Origin: an uncultured Clostridia bacterium
GTDB taxonomy: Bacteria; Bacillota; Clostridia; TANB77; CAG-508
DNA length: 45,156 bases
Direction: 5' to 3'
NCBI GenBank assembly: GCA_944390515.1
Contig: CALXQG010000002.1
Span: 1 to 45,156 of the forward strand
The notes beneath the pieces were generated by a model. The model was not told the origin of the DNA. It saw only the letters and a list, made by a program, of their open reading frames with translations, and searched no databases. This document shows positions 18,000 to 28,693 of the stretch, piece after piece (the stretch's first letter is position 1; every line of letters begins with the position of its first letter). The position numbers were made by a program, and so were the translations under genes.

Positions 18000-20900
18000 T
18001 TATTCTGTTTTATCGTCTTTTCCATTTAGTACTTTTCTTCTTATTAGTATAATTCCTCCTATTAATATGATTGCTACTACTCCGGCTAGGATATAGTAAA
18101 TACGTGCTTCACCAAATGGTGGTAATATAACTATTCTTTCTGCCACATTACTATCAACTTCTGATGCATCTGGAAGTGATGGATCTTGGTTACCTACAAC
18201 TGAATATGCCATTCTTCTACCAAGTGAGTTAGATGTTTTTGCAATTTCTACCATGTTAGTATATGTCATATCATCATCTGTATTTTCTGGTGTTATTAAT
18301 TGTGATAATATTAATGTCTTGCTTACTTCATCACCAGGTTTTAAGTTTGATGTTCCAAAACTTTCAGTTTGTATTATTGTATTAAATTTAGATAATTTGT
18401 TATTATTGCCTCCACTCTCAAGTTTCTTATTAACTAAATCATCATTTATTTCACTATGATTTGTCAAATCTTTTACTGTGATTAGTTTCCATCCATCTTT
18501 CTTGTTGCTTCCATTATTTGCCTCATTATTTTCATCAAATTTCAAGTTATTTTGTACATAGTCTACTACTTGATTTGCTGTAGTTGTTGATTCTTGTAAT
18601 CCACTGCTATTTCCTTTGTAGTAGAAATCTTTATCAACATAATCAACTTCACCAACATTTGTGATTTTAACAGTATATGTTATTTGAATTGTTGCACCAT
18701 GCATTAATTCTTCATCCATTGTAAGTTGTATTAAACCTTTGTCTGTTTTTTCTACAATTTCATTTATTCCATTGTTATCTGTTCTAAATGAATATCTGTG
18801 CTTACTATTATCGTTATAATGTTCTTCATACATTCCTATGATGTCACCTTCATCTGGTTTATAGTATTCTTTGCTTCCTTTATTCACATTTGTCTTGTCC
18901 TTAGAAGTTGTTTTCTTTTCTTCATCAATACTATATTCCTTATGGTCTTGCCATAATGCATTATTTGCAGCTTTATTTATATCAAATAATATACTTCCAT
19001 TTGCAAGTGTTACTTTTACATTTGCTACAGATTTATCAATCTCAAGTTGTGCTTTTGGTCTTTCTGTTAATCCAAAATCTATGTTATTAAGTGTATAATT
19101 ACTGTTATATGCATTATCTCCAATATAATCTTTACTTGAATTACCAGAATTGTTTTGTGCAGAATTTAGTCCATCTGTTTGTTGTCTGTCATACTCGAAT
19201 TCAACTACTATAACACCTGTTTCTGCTGTCATTTGAGTATATTTAATTAAGTCATCATATAGCTGCTTCATTTCATCATTACTATATTTATTTTCATTAT
19301 ATGTTGGTACTTCATATGGTGATGCTAGAACTTCTGCCTTATGGTTTGTAACATTATTAGCACTATAATTAATTACTGCTTGTCTTCCTTGTATTGTATA
19401 GCCTGAATCACTATTAAAGTTATTATTAGTTCCAACTCCACTTAATTTATATACATTTCCTTTCCATGTACTTGTTGTATATAAGTCTTTTGCATCAGAA
19501 TAATTTGTACTATTACTATCAGCTACATATATATCATATCCATATGTTCCGCTCTCATTTTGAGTTTCAGTATTTGTATATCCATGATATTTTCCTGATA
19601 TATCTGTATTAGCATTTTGAGCTAAACCACTAGCATTTCCATTTTTGTCCAATCCTATCTGATATGTTGTTGATTTAAAGTCCTGACCATTATATGATAC
19701 AATATTTTGACCTTTCTCAAATTCTGTTTGTGTAGTTAATGCTGTTTCTTTAGTATCTCCATATTTGAATCTTATTACATAATCTCCAGGTATATATCCT
19801 ATATAACTATCTCCTAGATGTTCTTTATCAAATCCATATTTTCCTTCATTATTAGATGTTGTTTCATACCAAATATATTCTGAACCGTCTGAACGTTTTT
19901 CTACTAATTGTACTGTAACTCCTGCGACTCCTGTTTCATCTTCTCTTATACCATTGCCAATTATAGAATCTCCGGATGTAGATGTTCTTTCATCTTCCCA
20001 AACAGTACCATTTGCTTTTCTTACTGCATCTTCATCTATTATTACTCTTAAACTTGGTGCTCTATCTGTATCATCTTCAAAGTTCTTCTCATATTTATCT
20101 CCTTGTAAGTCAGAAGCTACTAGGTTACCAGGTGTAGAATCTCTATCTATTAATCCAGCTATATCATTAGATGATTTAGTAATATGATTTGGTAATTGTG
20201 TATTATCTTTATAGTATGTTACATATCCATTTATTTCTGCTAGATTTTCCTTTGGAGTATCTGAAGTTGCATATTTTCCACCATCAAGTATTACTCTTTC
20301 ATCTTGTTTGTTTACTTGGAATGTTAAGTAAATATATGCACTCTCTCCAGATGCTAATTTTTTATCTTGAAGTCCATTTACATAAACTGCATTATATTGA
20401 CTTCCTACAATATCACTCTTTGTAGATTCTCCATATTTACTACTATCACTACTATTTATGTCTTTATAGCTTCCTATTGTTGTAACATTTTCCTCTACCA
20501 TAGCTTTATAGAATTCATCATCACTAACAGTATTATTATCATATGTTACCCAAGATAAATCTTCTCTATATTTATAGTCTTTATCATAATAATCAACTAC
20601 TTCTTTGATTTGACTTAATATACTCATTGATTGATTTCTTACTGTCACTTTATATGTAATATATATTTCTAATGGAGCTCCTGGATGTCCTACACCAAAT
20701 CCATTCGATGTATTGTATAGATAATCTGTTTCATATATCTCTCTATTGTAATTCATATCATAGTAATAAGAATAGTCAGACATTCTTACATTTATATCCC
20801 AATATGTGTTATTATCATTTCCATCTGCACTATTTGTACCTTCTTTATCTCCATTATTTGCATTTCTCTTATCATAATTGTATATTACTGTCTTATCATT

Positions 20901-23492
20901 AATTTTAAGTGTGGCTTTATATACATCTTTTCTGAGAGCCATATCTGTTTCTTGTCTCTTCCATAATCCACAGTTTATTAATAATTGACCTGGATAAATG
21001 TTCTTATATAGTCTATCTGGCTTTTCATCATTGAATCTCAAACTATGATTTTGATATGTACTTGCATTAGCATCATATGTACCATTATTATAACTGTTAT
21101 TTGGATATTTATTTCCTCCTGGTGATACAAATGTAGTAAATCTATCATATACTGGGAATAAGTCATAAGATTTTTCATCATTTGTATTATTTATTGTGTA
21201 AGCATTAATTTTACAATCTTCTATAAATTGTAACATTCTCCAAACTTGACTTGCTCCACCTTCTACACTTCCTGATATTTCATTTACAATACTTTGATAA
21301 ATTTGTAATTTCATTTCATCGTCAGTAGGGTATCTCTTATTAGTATTAATAAATTCTCTTAACTTTTTAGTTATTAAACCTTCATTAATTGTTTTTGTAA
21401 CTTCATTTCCATTTAATGTTCCTTCAACAATCATTCCACTTGCACTATCTATAGTTAAATAACTATCTATTAATGCAGTATGCACTTGTTTATATTTACC
21501 ATCTTCTTGTAAATCAAATCCCATTAAATCATAAATTGAAAATGTTGTATTATATCCATTATTGCTAGATACTTCACTAATTTTTAATGTGTTTTTTGAT
21601 TTATAATTTTCTGGATATGAACGTATCTCTTCAAACATTTTGTCAAAACTTTCTCTTTGACTAGCAACTTCTTGTGCTTTAGAAGTTTGATTCCATATTT
21701 CACTAATATTTCCACCTGAAGAATATTTGTCAGAACTTTTTTGGTCTACCATATCTGCAACAGCATTATAAGATTCTCCTGTAGTTTTATTTGTTAAGTA
21801 TTCTGTTGGCATATACGTCTGTCCATTGTATGTAAACATTACAAAATATTCTTTTTCAGTATCTAAACCTCTAAATTCATAATATCCACTCGAGTCAGTC
21901 AGCGTTGGATTTATTCTTCTTTTAAAATCATCTGGATCATTAATCATTTCATCTGTTGCATAAGGATTTTCTTCTTTAAGTGTTGCAAGCTTTGCTAACT
22001 TATAATTTCCATTTTTATCAACTTCATATAATGTAACTTTTGCTCCTGGAACTACTACATCTTGATCATCCTTAATTCCATTTACTTCTGTTTCTTTTCC
22101 TTGTGGTGTATCTTCAAATACAAATCCACCTAACTTCATAGTCTTTTCAAAGTATTTGTCTAGTGGTATTTCTATGTTTTCATCTATTATATATCTATCT
22201 GTCTCTGCATCCATTATATACACTAAAGGTTGTTGTACTCCAGACACGTATGTTACTCCCCAAGTAATAATGCAGTTAAAACAAGGCTCACCGTCATGTG
22301 TATGAGGTGGTTCTTTTTCGTCAATTATAATCGTCTTATAGTAACCACCATCCCTTATACAGATTTTAGTTGTAGCTTTCATATATTTAAAATCAATATG
22401 CAACTTTAATGATGATACATCATCACCTGTATATTTAAATTCAACATAAAATGGTTCGTTTGGGTCTGGATAATTTCTTGTTGAATCAAAGTAATCTACT
22501 TTGTTTGGGTTTTCGACTGGTCCATCATCATATTGTTGTACATTAGTCCAATAACTTGGTTTTTTATAGCTTTCTTCTTGTTCTGGCCTTATTAACATAT
22601 CTATATTAACTCTATTACCATTTTGGTCAATTAAGTACATATCAGATATTCCACCAAATGATAGACTTTCTCCTCTTGGCAAGTATCTGCCTGTAATATA
22701 GTCTACTTTAAAAGGTCCTAAAACATGTGTATTAGTTGTTTTATCTGTATCAAGTTTTACTTCATCTGGATTTGTATTATCTGTTGGTTTCATTCCAGTT
22801 CTTCCATTTTCGTCCTCTTCAACTATCTTTTCATAAAATTTTTTATAGTTATCTGCATCCATCTTAATATCTCTAGCACTATCAATGTACTCTGATTCTG
22901 CTCTTGTCGTGTTAGGATTACTTATATCTGTCCACCAAATAGCTAGTTGTTTAGCTTCTCCCCAATTATCTCCAAGAACAAATGATGAATGTCCGTCTGG
23001 ATAGTATGAAGCAATATATGCTACATCATATAAACTAGTAACGCTTTTGCCTGAATGCGCTATAATTCCTGAATATGATTCTGTATAATGTTCTCCTTTA
23101 CACTTATAGTATGGGTCACTTCTTATTTCTTCAAAATATGCATGTTCACACTCTCCCTTGGTTATTTTTCCATTATAAGTTGCATATAGATATTCTTTTG
23201 TACCATATTTTGAACTTAATGGTTGCCCTGGTGAGACACAATATAATTCTAATAGTGTTTCTCCATCATCTCCAACAGCTGCAATAGGTCTCCATAAGTC
23301 TGTTCCCATTGGTCTTTCCTCTATTACATGTATCTCATAATCGGTTTTACATAGAGACGTCGCTTTTGAATAATTTTCATTTATTTTAGTAATTGTTTCA
23401 TTTGACAACTGAGTTGAAACACCTAATGCAATCCCTATTGATACAGCTACTGATATAATTAATATATTTGTGTATTTTAATAATTTTTTCAT
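18000..23492 (-). CDS. giant cell-surface protein (1830 aa) with signal peptide, thioester-domain-like N-terminus, SdrD-B/Cna-B-type and DUF11-like beta-sandwich modules, and a C-terminal TM anchor
   Basis: Uninterrupted 5.5-kb ORF with SD AAGGAGG. Signal-peptide/TM-like N-terminus. LYCVSPGQP (Cys85) and AKQLAIWW (Gln182). Two SdrD_B-like segments (GGFVFEDT...TDSSGYYEFRGL and NGTVWEDE...NNEGKYGF). DSTPGN...EDD motif. The tail is LPPFGEARIYYILAGVVAIILIGGIILIRRK. Confidence 0.85.
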   Translation of the reverse strand: MKKLLKYTNILIISVAVSIGIALGVSTQLSNETITKINENYSKATSLCKTDYEIHVIEERPMGTDLWRPIAAVGDDGETLLELYCVSPGQPLSSKYGTKEYLYATYNGKITKGECEHAYFEEIRSDPYYKCKGEHYTESYSGIIAHSGKSVTSLYDVAYIASYYPDGHSSFVLGDNWGEAKQLAIWWTDISNPNTTRAESEYIDSARDIKMDADNYKKFYEKIVEEDENGRTGMKPTDNTNPDEVKLDTDKTTNTHVLGPFKVDYITGRYLPRGESLSFGGISDMYLIDQNGNRVNIDMLIRPEQEESYKKPSYWTNVQQYDDGPVENPNKVDYFDSTRNYPDPNEPFYVEFKYTGDDVSSLKLHIDFKYMKATTKICIRDGGYYKTIIIDEKEPPHTHDGEPCFNCIITWGVTYVSGVQQPLVYIMDAETDRYIIDENIEIPLDKYFEKTMKLGGFVFEDTPQGKETEVNGIKDDQDVVVPGAKVTLYEVDKNGNYKLAKLATLKEENPYATDEMINDPDDFKRRINPTLTDSSGYYEFRGLDTEKEYFVMFTYNGQTYMPTEYLTNKTTGESYNAVADMVDQKSSDKYSSGGNISEIWNQTSKAQEVASQRESFDKMFEEIRSYPENYKSKNTLKISEVSSNNGYNTTFSIYDLMGFDLQEDGKYKQVHTALIDSYLTIDSASGMIVEGTLNGNEVTKTINEGLITKKLREFINTNKRYPTDDEMKLQIYQSIVNEISGSVEGGASQVWRMLQFIEDCKINAYTINNTNDEKSYDLFPVYDRFTTFVSPGGNKYPNNSYNNGTYDANASTYQNHSLRFNDEKPDRLYKNIYPGQLLINCGLWKRQETDMALRKDVYKATLKINDKTVIYNYDKRNANNGDKEGTNSADGNDNNTYWDINVRMSDYSYYYDMNYNREIYETDYLYNTSNGFGVGHPGAPLEIYITYKVTVRNQSMSILSQIKEVVDYYDKDYKYREDLSWVTYDNNTVSDDEFYKAMVEENVTTIGSYKDINSSDSSKYGESTKSDIVGSQYNAVYVNGLQDKKLASGESAYIYLTFQVNKQDERVILDGGKYATSDTPKENLAEINGYVTYYKDNTQLPNHITKSSNDIAGLIDRDSTPGNLVASDLQGDKYEKNFEDDTDRAPSLRVIIDEDAVRKANGTVWEDERTSTSGDSIIGNGIREDETGVAGVTVQLVEKRSDGSEYIWYETTSNNEGKYGFDKEHLGDSYIGYIPGDYVIRFKYGDTKETALTTQTEFEKGQNIVSYNGQDFKSTTYQIGLDKNGNASGLAQNANTDISGKYHGYTNTETQNESGTYGYDIYVADSNSTNYSDAKDLYTTSTWKGNVYKLSGVGTNNNFNSDSGYTIQGRQAVINYSANNVTNHKAEVLASPYEVPTYNENKYSNDEMKQLYDDLIKYTQMTAETGVIVVEFEYDRQQTDGLNSAQNNSGNSSKDYIGDNAYNSNYTLNNIDFGLTERPKAQLEIDKSVANVKVTLANGSILFDINKAANNALWQDHKEYSIDEEKKTTSKDKTNVNKGSKEYYKPDEGDIIGMYEEHYNDNSKHRYSFRTDNNGINEIVEKTDKGLIQLTMDEELMHGATIQITYTVKITNVGEVDYVDKDFYYKGNSSGLQESTTTANQVVDYVQNNLKFDENNEANNGSNKKDGWKLITVKDLTNHSEINDDLVNKKLESGGNNNKLSKFNTIIQTESFGTSNLKPGDEVSKTLILSQLITPENTDDDMTYTNMVEIAKTSNSLGRRMAYSVVGNQDPSLPDASEVDSNVAERIVILPPFGEARIYYILAGVVAIILIGGIILIRRKVLNGKDDKTE

Positions 23493-23510
23493 ATTTTCCT
23501 CCTTTCTTTT

Positions 23511-26500
23511 TTATTTGCTTTTTGTCAAAACTTTTTTCTTAATTACAATAATTCCTATAGTAATTATTGCTAATACTAATATTATTAATCCTGTGTACAT
23601 TATAATTTTACCTGTTACTAAAGATAAGATAATATCTGCTTCTCCTAAATCGTCTTCTCCATCTTGTCTATTAGCTTCAGTTGAATCTATATCTTTTAGA
23701 CCTTGTTCGTTATAGCTTTCATAAATTTCCGCTTGATTTTTCAATGTTGTTCCTATAGATGCTTCTGTTATTTTTTTAGTTACTACTAATTTTAATTCTT
23801 TTGTTTCCCCTGGTTGAATTAATGTATTTGCTAAACTTGCATTATATATATTACCATTTGTTTCTGATAAATACCAATCCTTATTCAGATCTGTACTAAA
23901 TCCTACATCTTCTGGTAAATAATCTACAACTTTCTTAGCATATCCTGCTACTCCACCTTCATTTTTAATAACTATCTTATATTCAATTACAATATTACTC
24001 TTTCCAGCATTTTGTCCTAAAATTTCTATTTTTTCTAGTGTCGAATCTCCATATTCATATTGTGCTGTTCCTATTGTAGGTGTTGTTAATGCAATTTTAG
24101 TTACATATTTTTGTAAACTTAAATCGAATTTTTCATCTTGATATAATCCTAAGTCTATATTTCTAACGTTACTATTTGTTATTTGAATTGTATTAGTTAT
24201 TCCTGCTATTTGCTTTACGCCATTATATGTTATATTAGTTTCTATCGCATCAGAGTTTTTATTTGTGTCTACTCCATCTTTCTGATATGTTGTAATACTA
24301 TATAGTCCTGTATCATATATAAATACAACTAAATATTCATTTGCCTGTAAATTTGTGAATTCATATTGTCCATTATCACCTGTTGTTACTATTTTGTTTT
24401 TTCCTGAATTTGCATCTTGAACTATTTGTCCATTTGCTCTATATAAAAGCATCGCTTGAACTCCAGAAGCTGTTTGTTCGTCTTCTTCTCTCATACCATT
24501 TCTATTAGAATCTATCCAAGCTGTTCCTGAAATTTTATATTTTTCTTCTTGTGATGGTATAGTTGAACTATCATGCAATTTAGAATCATATTCCAAATAT
24601 ATTTTAGTAGTATTTAACTCTATTTTGTCTATTCCATCTGCATAAATATATGCTTTGTTTATAAGTTCTTTTCCATCATCACTTTCAGATTGCAACTTTG
24701 CTAACATACTCAAACTAATTTTTATTATTGCATTAGCAGGTAATGTTCTAATATTATAATAAAGTTTATTATCTTTAGTCTCAACACTACCATAAGTTCC
24801 ATACTCTATTTTTTCTCCATCAAATGTTTTTATTTCAAATGAAGCTTCCTGTATTTTTAGTTCTGGTGGCAAATCATTTTCTAAAACAAAGTTAGAAATA
24901 TATACTGTTCCTGTTGTCTTTATCTCAAAATTATATGTAAATTCTTCATTCTCCTTTATGTATTCTGCTGATGGTGATAACTGTTTACCTGTCATATTTG
25001 CCTTTCCTGTATATATCCATCTTTCATTTGAATATAAAGTGTTATATCCTTCTGCTGTTACCGTTATCATAGTAGAGAATTTTTCTGGTGTATTATTGCC
25101 TATGTCAAATGTTACCACTGCTTCTATTTGTTTTCTTGCTGAAATTGTTCCAAAATTTACTTTTATAGTATTATCTATTATTTGTACTCCCTCTGTTATG
25201 TTCTCATTATTACTTTTAATAAAAGCATTTATATTTTCTACTCCATCTGGTAATGGCATTGTAGCTACTACATTAGTTATATTTTCTGAACTATTTGAAG
25301 TAACATTTAAAGTATATTTAATTTTAGTTCCTACTGAGTAGACTTCAGCTTCTGAGGTATTTGTCCCATTTATAATCATTAACGGAATATTTTTACTTGT
25401 ATTAATTTTAAAATTATATTCATTTGATTTTATTGCACCAGAAATGTTACTTGCAGTTAAATTTACATAGTTAATCATTTCTTTTATTCCACTTTGATGC
25501 TCTCCATCACTATATCCATCGCATTTTAGTTCATAGCTTTTCTCAACTATCTCTCCTGGTTCGATATTTTCTAATTTAATTATATAAGTTTTCTCATCTC
25601 GATCATGGTCCACATAAACATTGTTAAATTCTTCATAGCTTGCCAAGATTGCATTATCTGGAATTGGTACTTCTATTTTTGCATTCTCTATATCTATTTC
25701 TCCTATATTTTTTATTGTTATATACATCCTTAAATATTGTCTATTTCTTAATTCTGTTCCTTCTGGTAAACTTGAACTTAATGTTACTTCAAGTTCTGGT
25801 CCTTTACCAGTAGTCAACTTAATTATAGGAGAAACTTTTGTCTCTGGCATTGTTCCAATTTCTGAAACATTATTATAAAATACTTTATACATTGTGCTTG
25901 TAGCCTTATTGTGTGCTAAGTTTTCTGGCATTGAAACTGTATAGCTAAAATCAAATTGTTTTCCAGCTTCAATTGTGGTATTCTCTACTACTATTAGATA
26001 AGATTCCATTTCTGCCAAATTTTCTGGTTCTAATGTCCAACCATTGCTTGAAACTGATATATCATTAGTTGCATCCGCATTTGCTGAATAATAAACTTTT
26101 ATATTTGAAGTATAATCTCCGTTTATACTAATTTTGCTCTTTAATCCAAAAGTTATGTTTGATTGTAAATCTGCATTTGTATCAATATTTTTATTTCCTT
26201 CTACAGGAAATCTTCCTAATACTATAGCATTAGAGATATCATTTTCATAATTATTTATAACTTGTCCTTTAAACACTACATCTCTTGCTTTAGAATATGT
26301 ATCCACTGTTATTTCTTTTGTTTCATCAGATATTGTTAATATATCTTCTGCACCCTCTTTATAATTAGATACTTCATTTGTTGCAATAACTCCTGTTGGT
26401 GCTATAATTGGTACTCCTGTTTTAGCTGTTTTATTTTCTTTTACTTCTGATGAATTGTTCGAATAATTCATTGTGATTTCAGCGTTTTGGTTTGTACCTA

Positions 26501-28568
26501 ACTTGTCTAATTCCATATTAGTATCTATGATAATGCTTGTCCCTAGTATATCACTATTTTCTGTAGAATACTCTGTTTGAGTTCCTTCCATATTAATATT
26601 TATGCTTTTCTTTCCATTTTCTTCAACTAATTTAGCATCCTTTATTTTTAATTCATCATTATATAATGCTTTTATGCTATTTACTTCTATATCTTTTATC
26701 ACTTCTGGTAGTTCAATAGATATAGTTGGGTTTTCATAAAGTGCATTATATACAGAAGATGTATTTAATGTCGCTCTCAATTCAACATTATTGTTTTTTG
26801 TCACTGTTGATAGTTGATCTTTATTTATTTCGATTGTTGCTTCACTTTTTGGTTCTACCATGTTTATGCTTGCTGTTTTTGCTGAAGAAGCTTCTAAAAT
26901 ATTTCCAATTACAGAAGTTTCTATTGTCTTGAAATTCTTCATTTGTGCTACAGAATAATCTATATTTTTCGCAATTTCCTTTGTAAGATTTATTTCAATT
27001 TTTCCTTCTATAATAGGCTTACTTGTTTTTATTGCAATTTCATTTTTGTTAAATGATGATATGTCTAAAATATATTCATTTTGGTCATTTAATTTTGTAT
27101 CTTTATTTATTTCTCCAATTTTATTGTTTGAATTATCGAAAATTTCTATTTTACCATCTTCACCTAATATTTTATCAAAGATACTTTTTTGTATTTTTAC
27201 TTCTTTATTGTATGTATAATTTTTATTACCTATAGTTGTTAATCCTTCAGTTTTATCTTCAGCAACAAATTTGTCAATTTGTTGTTTAATCTCAACACTT
27301 TCTACTAAATTAACATTTTCAACATTCACTACATAATTTATATTATATGTAGTTTCCATTTTATTTTCATCTTTTTCTATATTATAGTTTGCATATATGT
27401 AACCTTTGCTAATTTCATTAGTAGCTGAAATTTCAGTTGTTGTAAATTCTCCTACTTTTTCCTTTAGTTCATTAGTATAATCAAAATCTTTTGAAATCAC
27501 TTTGTTGTCAAATGTATAAAGTGTATTTTCTAATTTTATACTTGTTTTAATATTTAGTCCTTGAATAACATCTTTAATCATACTATCTTCTTCATTTTCT
27601 TGCTTAGCATTATTTTGGATCTCTACTACTTTATTATATAAATCTTTTCCTTCATATAGCATCGTTACTAAAAATTCATCACTAGAATCCTTTTTCCATG
27701 ATACTATATTGTTTTCATTTGCTGGATTTTCTACATTTATGCTTAAAACATTATTTTCTGCATCGTATGAATAATTACTGTTATTAAAATCTACTCCACT
27801 TTCTTTACCATTTGTTGCCTTTGTACTGTTAGCTATAACTGAAACATTAGTTGGTTTTGTGCCATCTAATTCTGGAATAGAAATTGTTGTTTTGCTTGTT
27901 TTAACTGGGAATTTGTTGTCCTTTACTTTATTAATTACAAGCATTTGTAAAATCACACCATATTTATCTCCTTGTACAAATGGCAAGTATTTATTTATTT
28001 TCATCGAATTTTCTAATTCTGCTTCTCCAGCCCAAGTCAAACTATTTAAAATAGTTTTTTCTACAGATTTACTGTTTCCATTACCATCAATATATTCTGC
28101 TGTAAAATTTGTTTTAAATTCTTTATTTAAATAATCTGTTGTGATACTATCATTATGTGAAAATTGTAAAGGAATTTCTATTGTAACATTTTCTCCTTTA
28201 TCAATTTGCTTTAATTCAATTTTACTATTTTCTTTATCAATTTTTTGAATATATTTATTACCTTCTTCTAAATTAATGCTAAAATTAGAATCATCAAATT
28301 CAATAACTGAATTTTTTATATAACCTGCATTCTTCACATTCAATTCAATATACAACATTAAATCTTCAGATGACATATCTGAATTTGCCTCGTGAGATTT
28401 TTCTTTAAAGTATGCATTAAATTCTACATTTGCATTATTTGTTTTAGAATCTTGAGAACTATATACTCCTCCTGATGCTATACTTTCATTAACTAATAAA
28501 ATCATATTAGTGCTCATCAAAAGAGTAATCATCAAAATTGCAATCAGTTTGTTTAATATTCTGTTCAT
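23511..28568 (-). CDS. giant cell-surface protein (1685 aa) built of repeated Ig-like/CARDB-DUF11-type modules plus one SdrD-B-like domain, with a C-terminal TM anchor
   Basis: Uninterrupted 5.1-kb ORF with SD AGGAGG and a signal peptide. Repeated motifs of the type ...I.N.G...I.N..I.V..P. SdrD_B-like ISGTAWIDSNRNG...TGDNGQYEFTNL. DIDSTEAN..GEDD motif. The tail is SLVTGKIIMYTGLIILVLAIITIGIIVIKKK. Only 18 nt separate it from the next gene. Confidence 0.85.
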   Translation of the reverse strand: MNRILNKLIAILMITLLMSTNMILLVNESIASGGVYSSQDSKTNNANVEFNAYFKEKSHEANSDMSSEDLMLYIELNVKNAGYIKNSVIEFDDSNFSINLEEGNKYIQKIDKENSKIELKQIDKGENVTIEIPLQFSHNDSITTDYLNKEFKTNFTAEYIDGNGNSKSVEKTILNSLTWAGEAELENSMKINKYLPFVQGDKYGVILQMLVINKVKDNKFPVKTSKTTISIPELDGTKPTNVSVIANSTKATNGKESGVDFNNSNYSYDAENNVLSINVENPANENNIVSWKKDSSDEFLVTMLYEGKDLYNKVVEIQNNAKQENEEDSMIKDVIQGLNIKTSIKLENTLYTFDNKVISKDFDYTNELKEKVGEFTTTEISATNEISKGYIYANYNIEKDENKMETTYNINYVVNVENVNLVESVEIKQQIDKFVAEDKTEGLTTIGNKNYTYNKEVKIQKSIFDKILGEDGKIEIFDNSNNKIGEINKDTKLNDQNEYILDISSFNKNEIAIKTSKPIIEGKIEINLTKEIAKNIDYSVAQMKNFKTIETSVIGNILEASSAKTASINMVEPKSEATIEINKDQLSTVTKNNNVELRATLNTSSVYNALYENPTISIELPEVIKDIEVNSIKALYNDELKIKDAKLVEENGKKSININMEGTQTEYSTENSDILGTSIIIDTNMELDKLGTNQNAEITMNYSNNSSEVKENKTAKTGVPIIAPTGVIATNEVSNYKEGAEDILTISDETKEITVDTYSKARDVVFKGQVINNYENDISNAIVLGRFPVEGNKNIDTNADLQSNITFGLKSKISINGDYTSNIKVYYSANADATNDISVSSNGWTLEPENLAEMESYLIVVENTTIEAGKQFDFSYTVSMPENLAHNKATSTMYKVFYNNVSEIGTMPETKVSPIIKLTTGKGPELEVTLSSSLPEGTELRNRQYLRMYITIKNIGEIDIENAKIEVPIPDNAILASYEEFNNVYVDHDRDEKTYIIKLENIEPGEIVEKSYELKCDGYSDGEHQSGIKEMINYVNLTASNISGAIKSNEYNFKINTSKNIPLMIINGTNTSEAEVYSVGTKIKYTLNVTSNSSENITNVVATMPLPDGVENINAFIKSNNENITEGVQIIDNTIKVNFGTISARKQIEAVVTFDIGNNTPEKFSTMITVTAEGYNTLYSNERWIYTGKANMTGKQLSPSAEYIKENEEFTYNFEIKTTGTVYISNFVLENDLPPELKIQEASFEIKTFDGEKIEYGTYGSVETKDNKLYYNIRTLPANAIIKISLSMLAKLQSESDDGKELINKAYIYADGIDKIELNTTKIYLEYDSKLHDSSTIPSQEEKYKISGTAWIDSNRNGMREEDEQTASGVQAMLLYRANGQIVQDANSGKNKIVTTGDNGQYEFTNLQANEYLVVFIYDTGLYSITTYQKDGVDTNKNSDAIETNITYNGVKQIAGITNTIQITNSNVRNIDLGLYQDEKFDLSLQKYVTKIALTTPTIGTAQYEYGDSTLEKIEILGQNAGKSNIVIEYKIVIKNEGGVAGYAKKVVDYLPEDVGFSTDLNKDWYLSETNGNIYNASLANTLIQPGETKELKLVVTKKITEASIGTTLKNQAEIYESYNEQGLKDIDSTEANRQDGEDDLGEADIILSLVTGKIIMYTGLIILVLAIITIGIIVIKKKVLTKSK

Positions 28569-28600
28569 TGCTACCTCCTAAACATAATATCTCAACATTA

Positions 28601-28629
28601 ATTATACTACTTATTCATTGATTTTTCAA
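28601..28629 (-). promoter_or_regulatory. sigma-A-type promoter P1 of the giant surface-protein operon
   Basis: The minus strand reads TTGAAA (28629-28624), 17 nt, then TATAAT (28606-28601). It is about 30 nt upstream of ATG 28568. Confidence 0.55.
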
Positions 28630-28693
28630 TGCTTTTAGATAATAAATATATTAAATTTATTAAATATATATTATAAATAATATATTCCTAACT

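Noticed and set aside
18111-18125. Canonical LPXTG sortase motif in the giant proteins
   Set aside because: The sequences are LPPFG and SLVTG, neither of which matches LPXTG or the clostridial (S/P)PXTG. They are reported only as degenerate sorting-signal-like tails.
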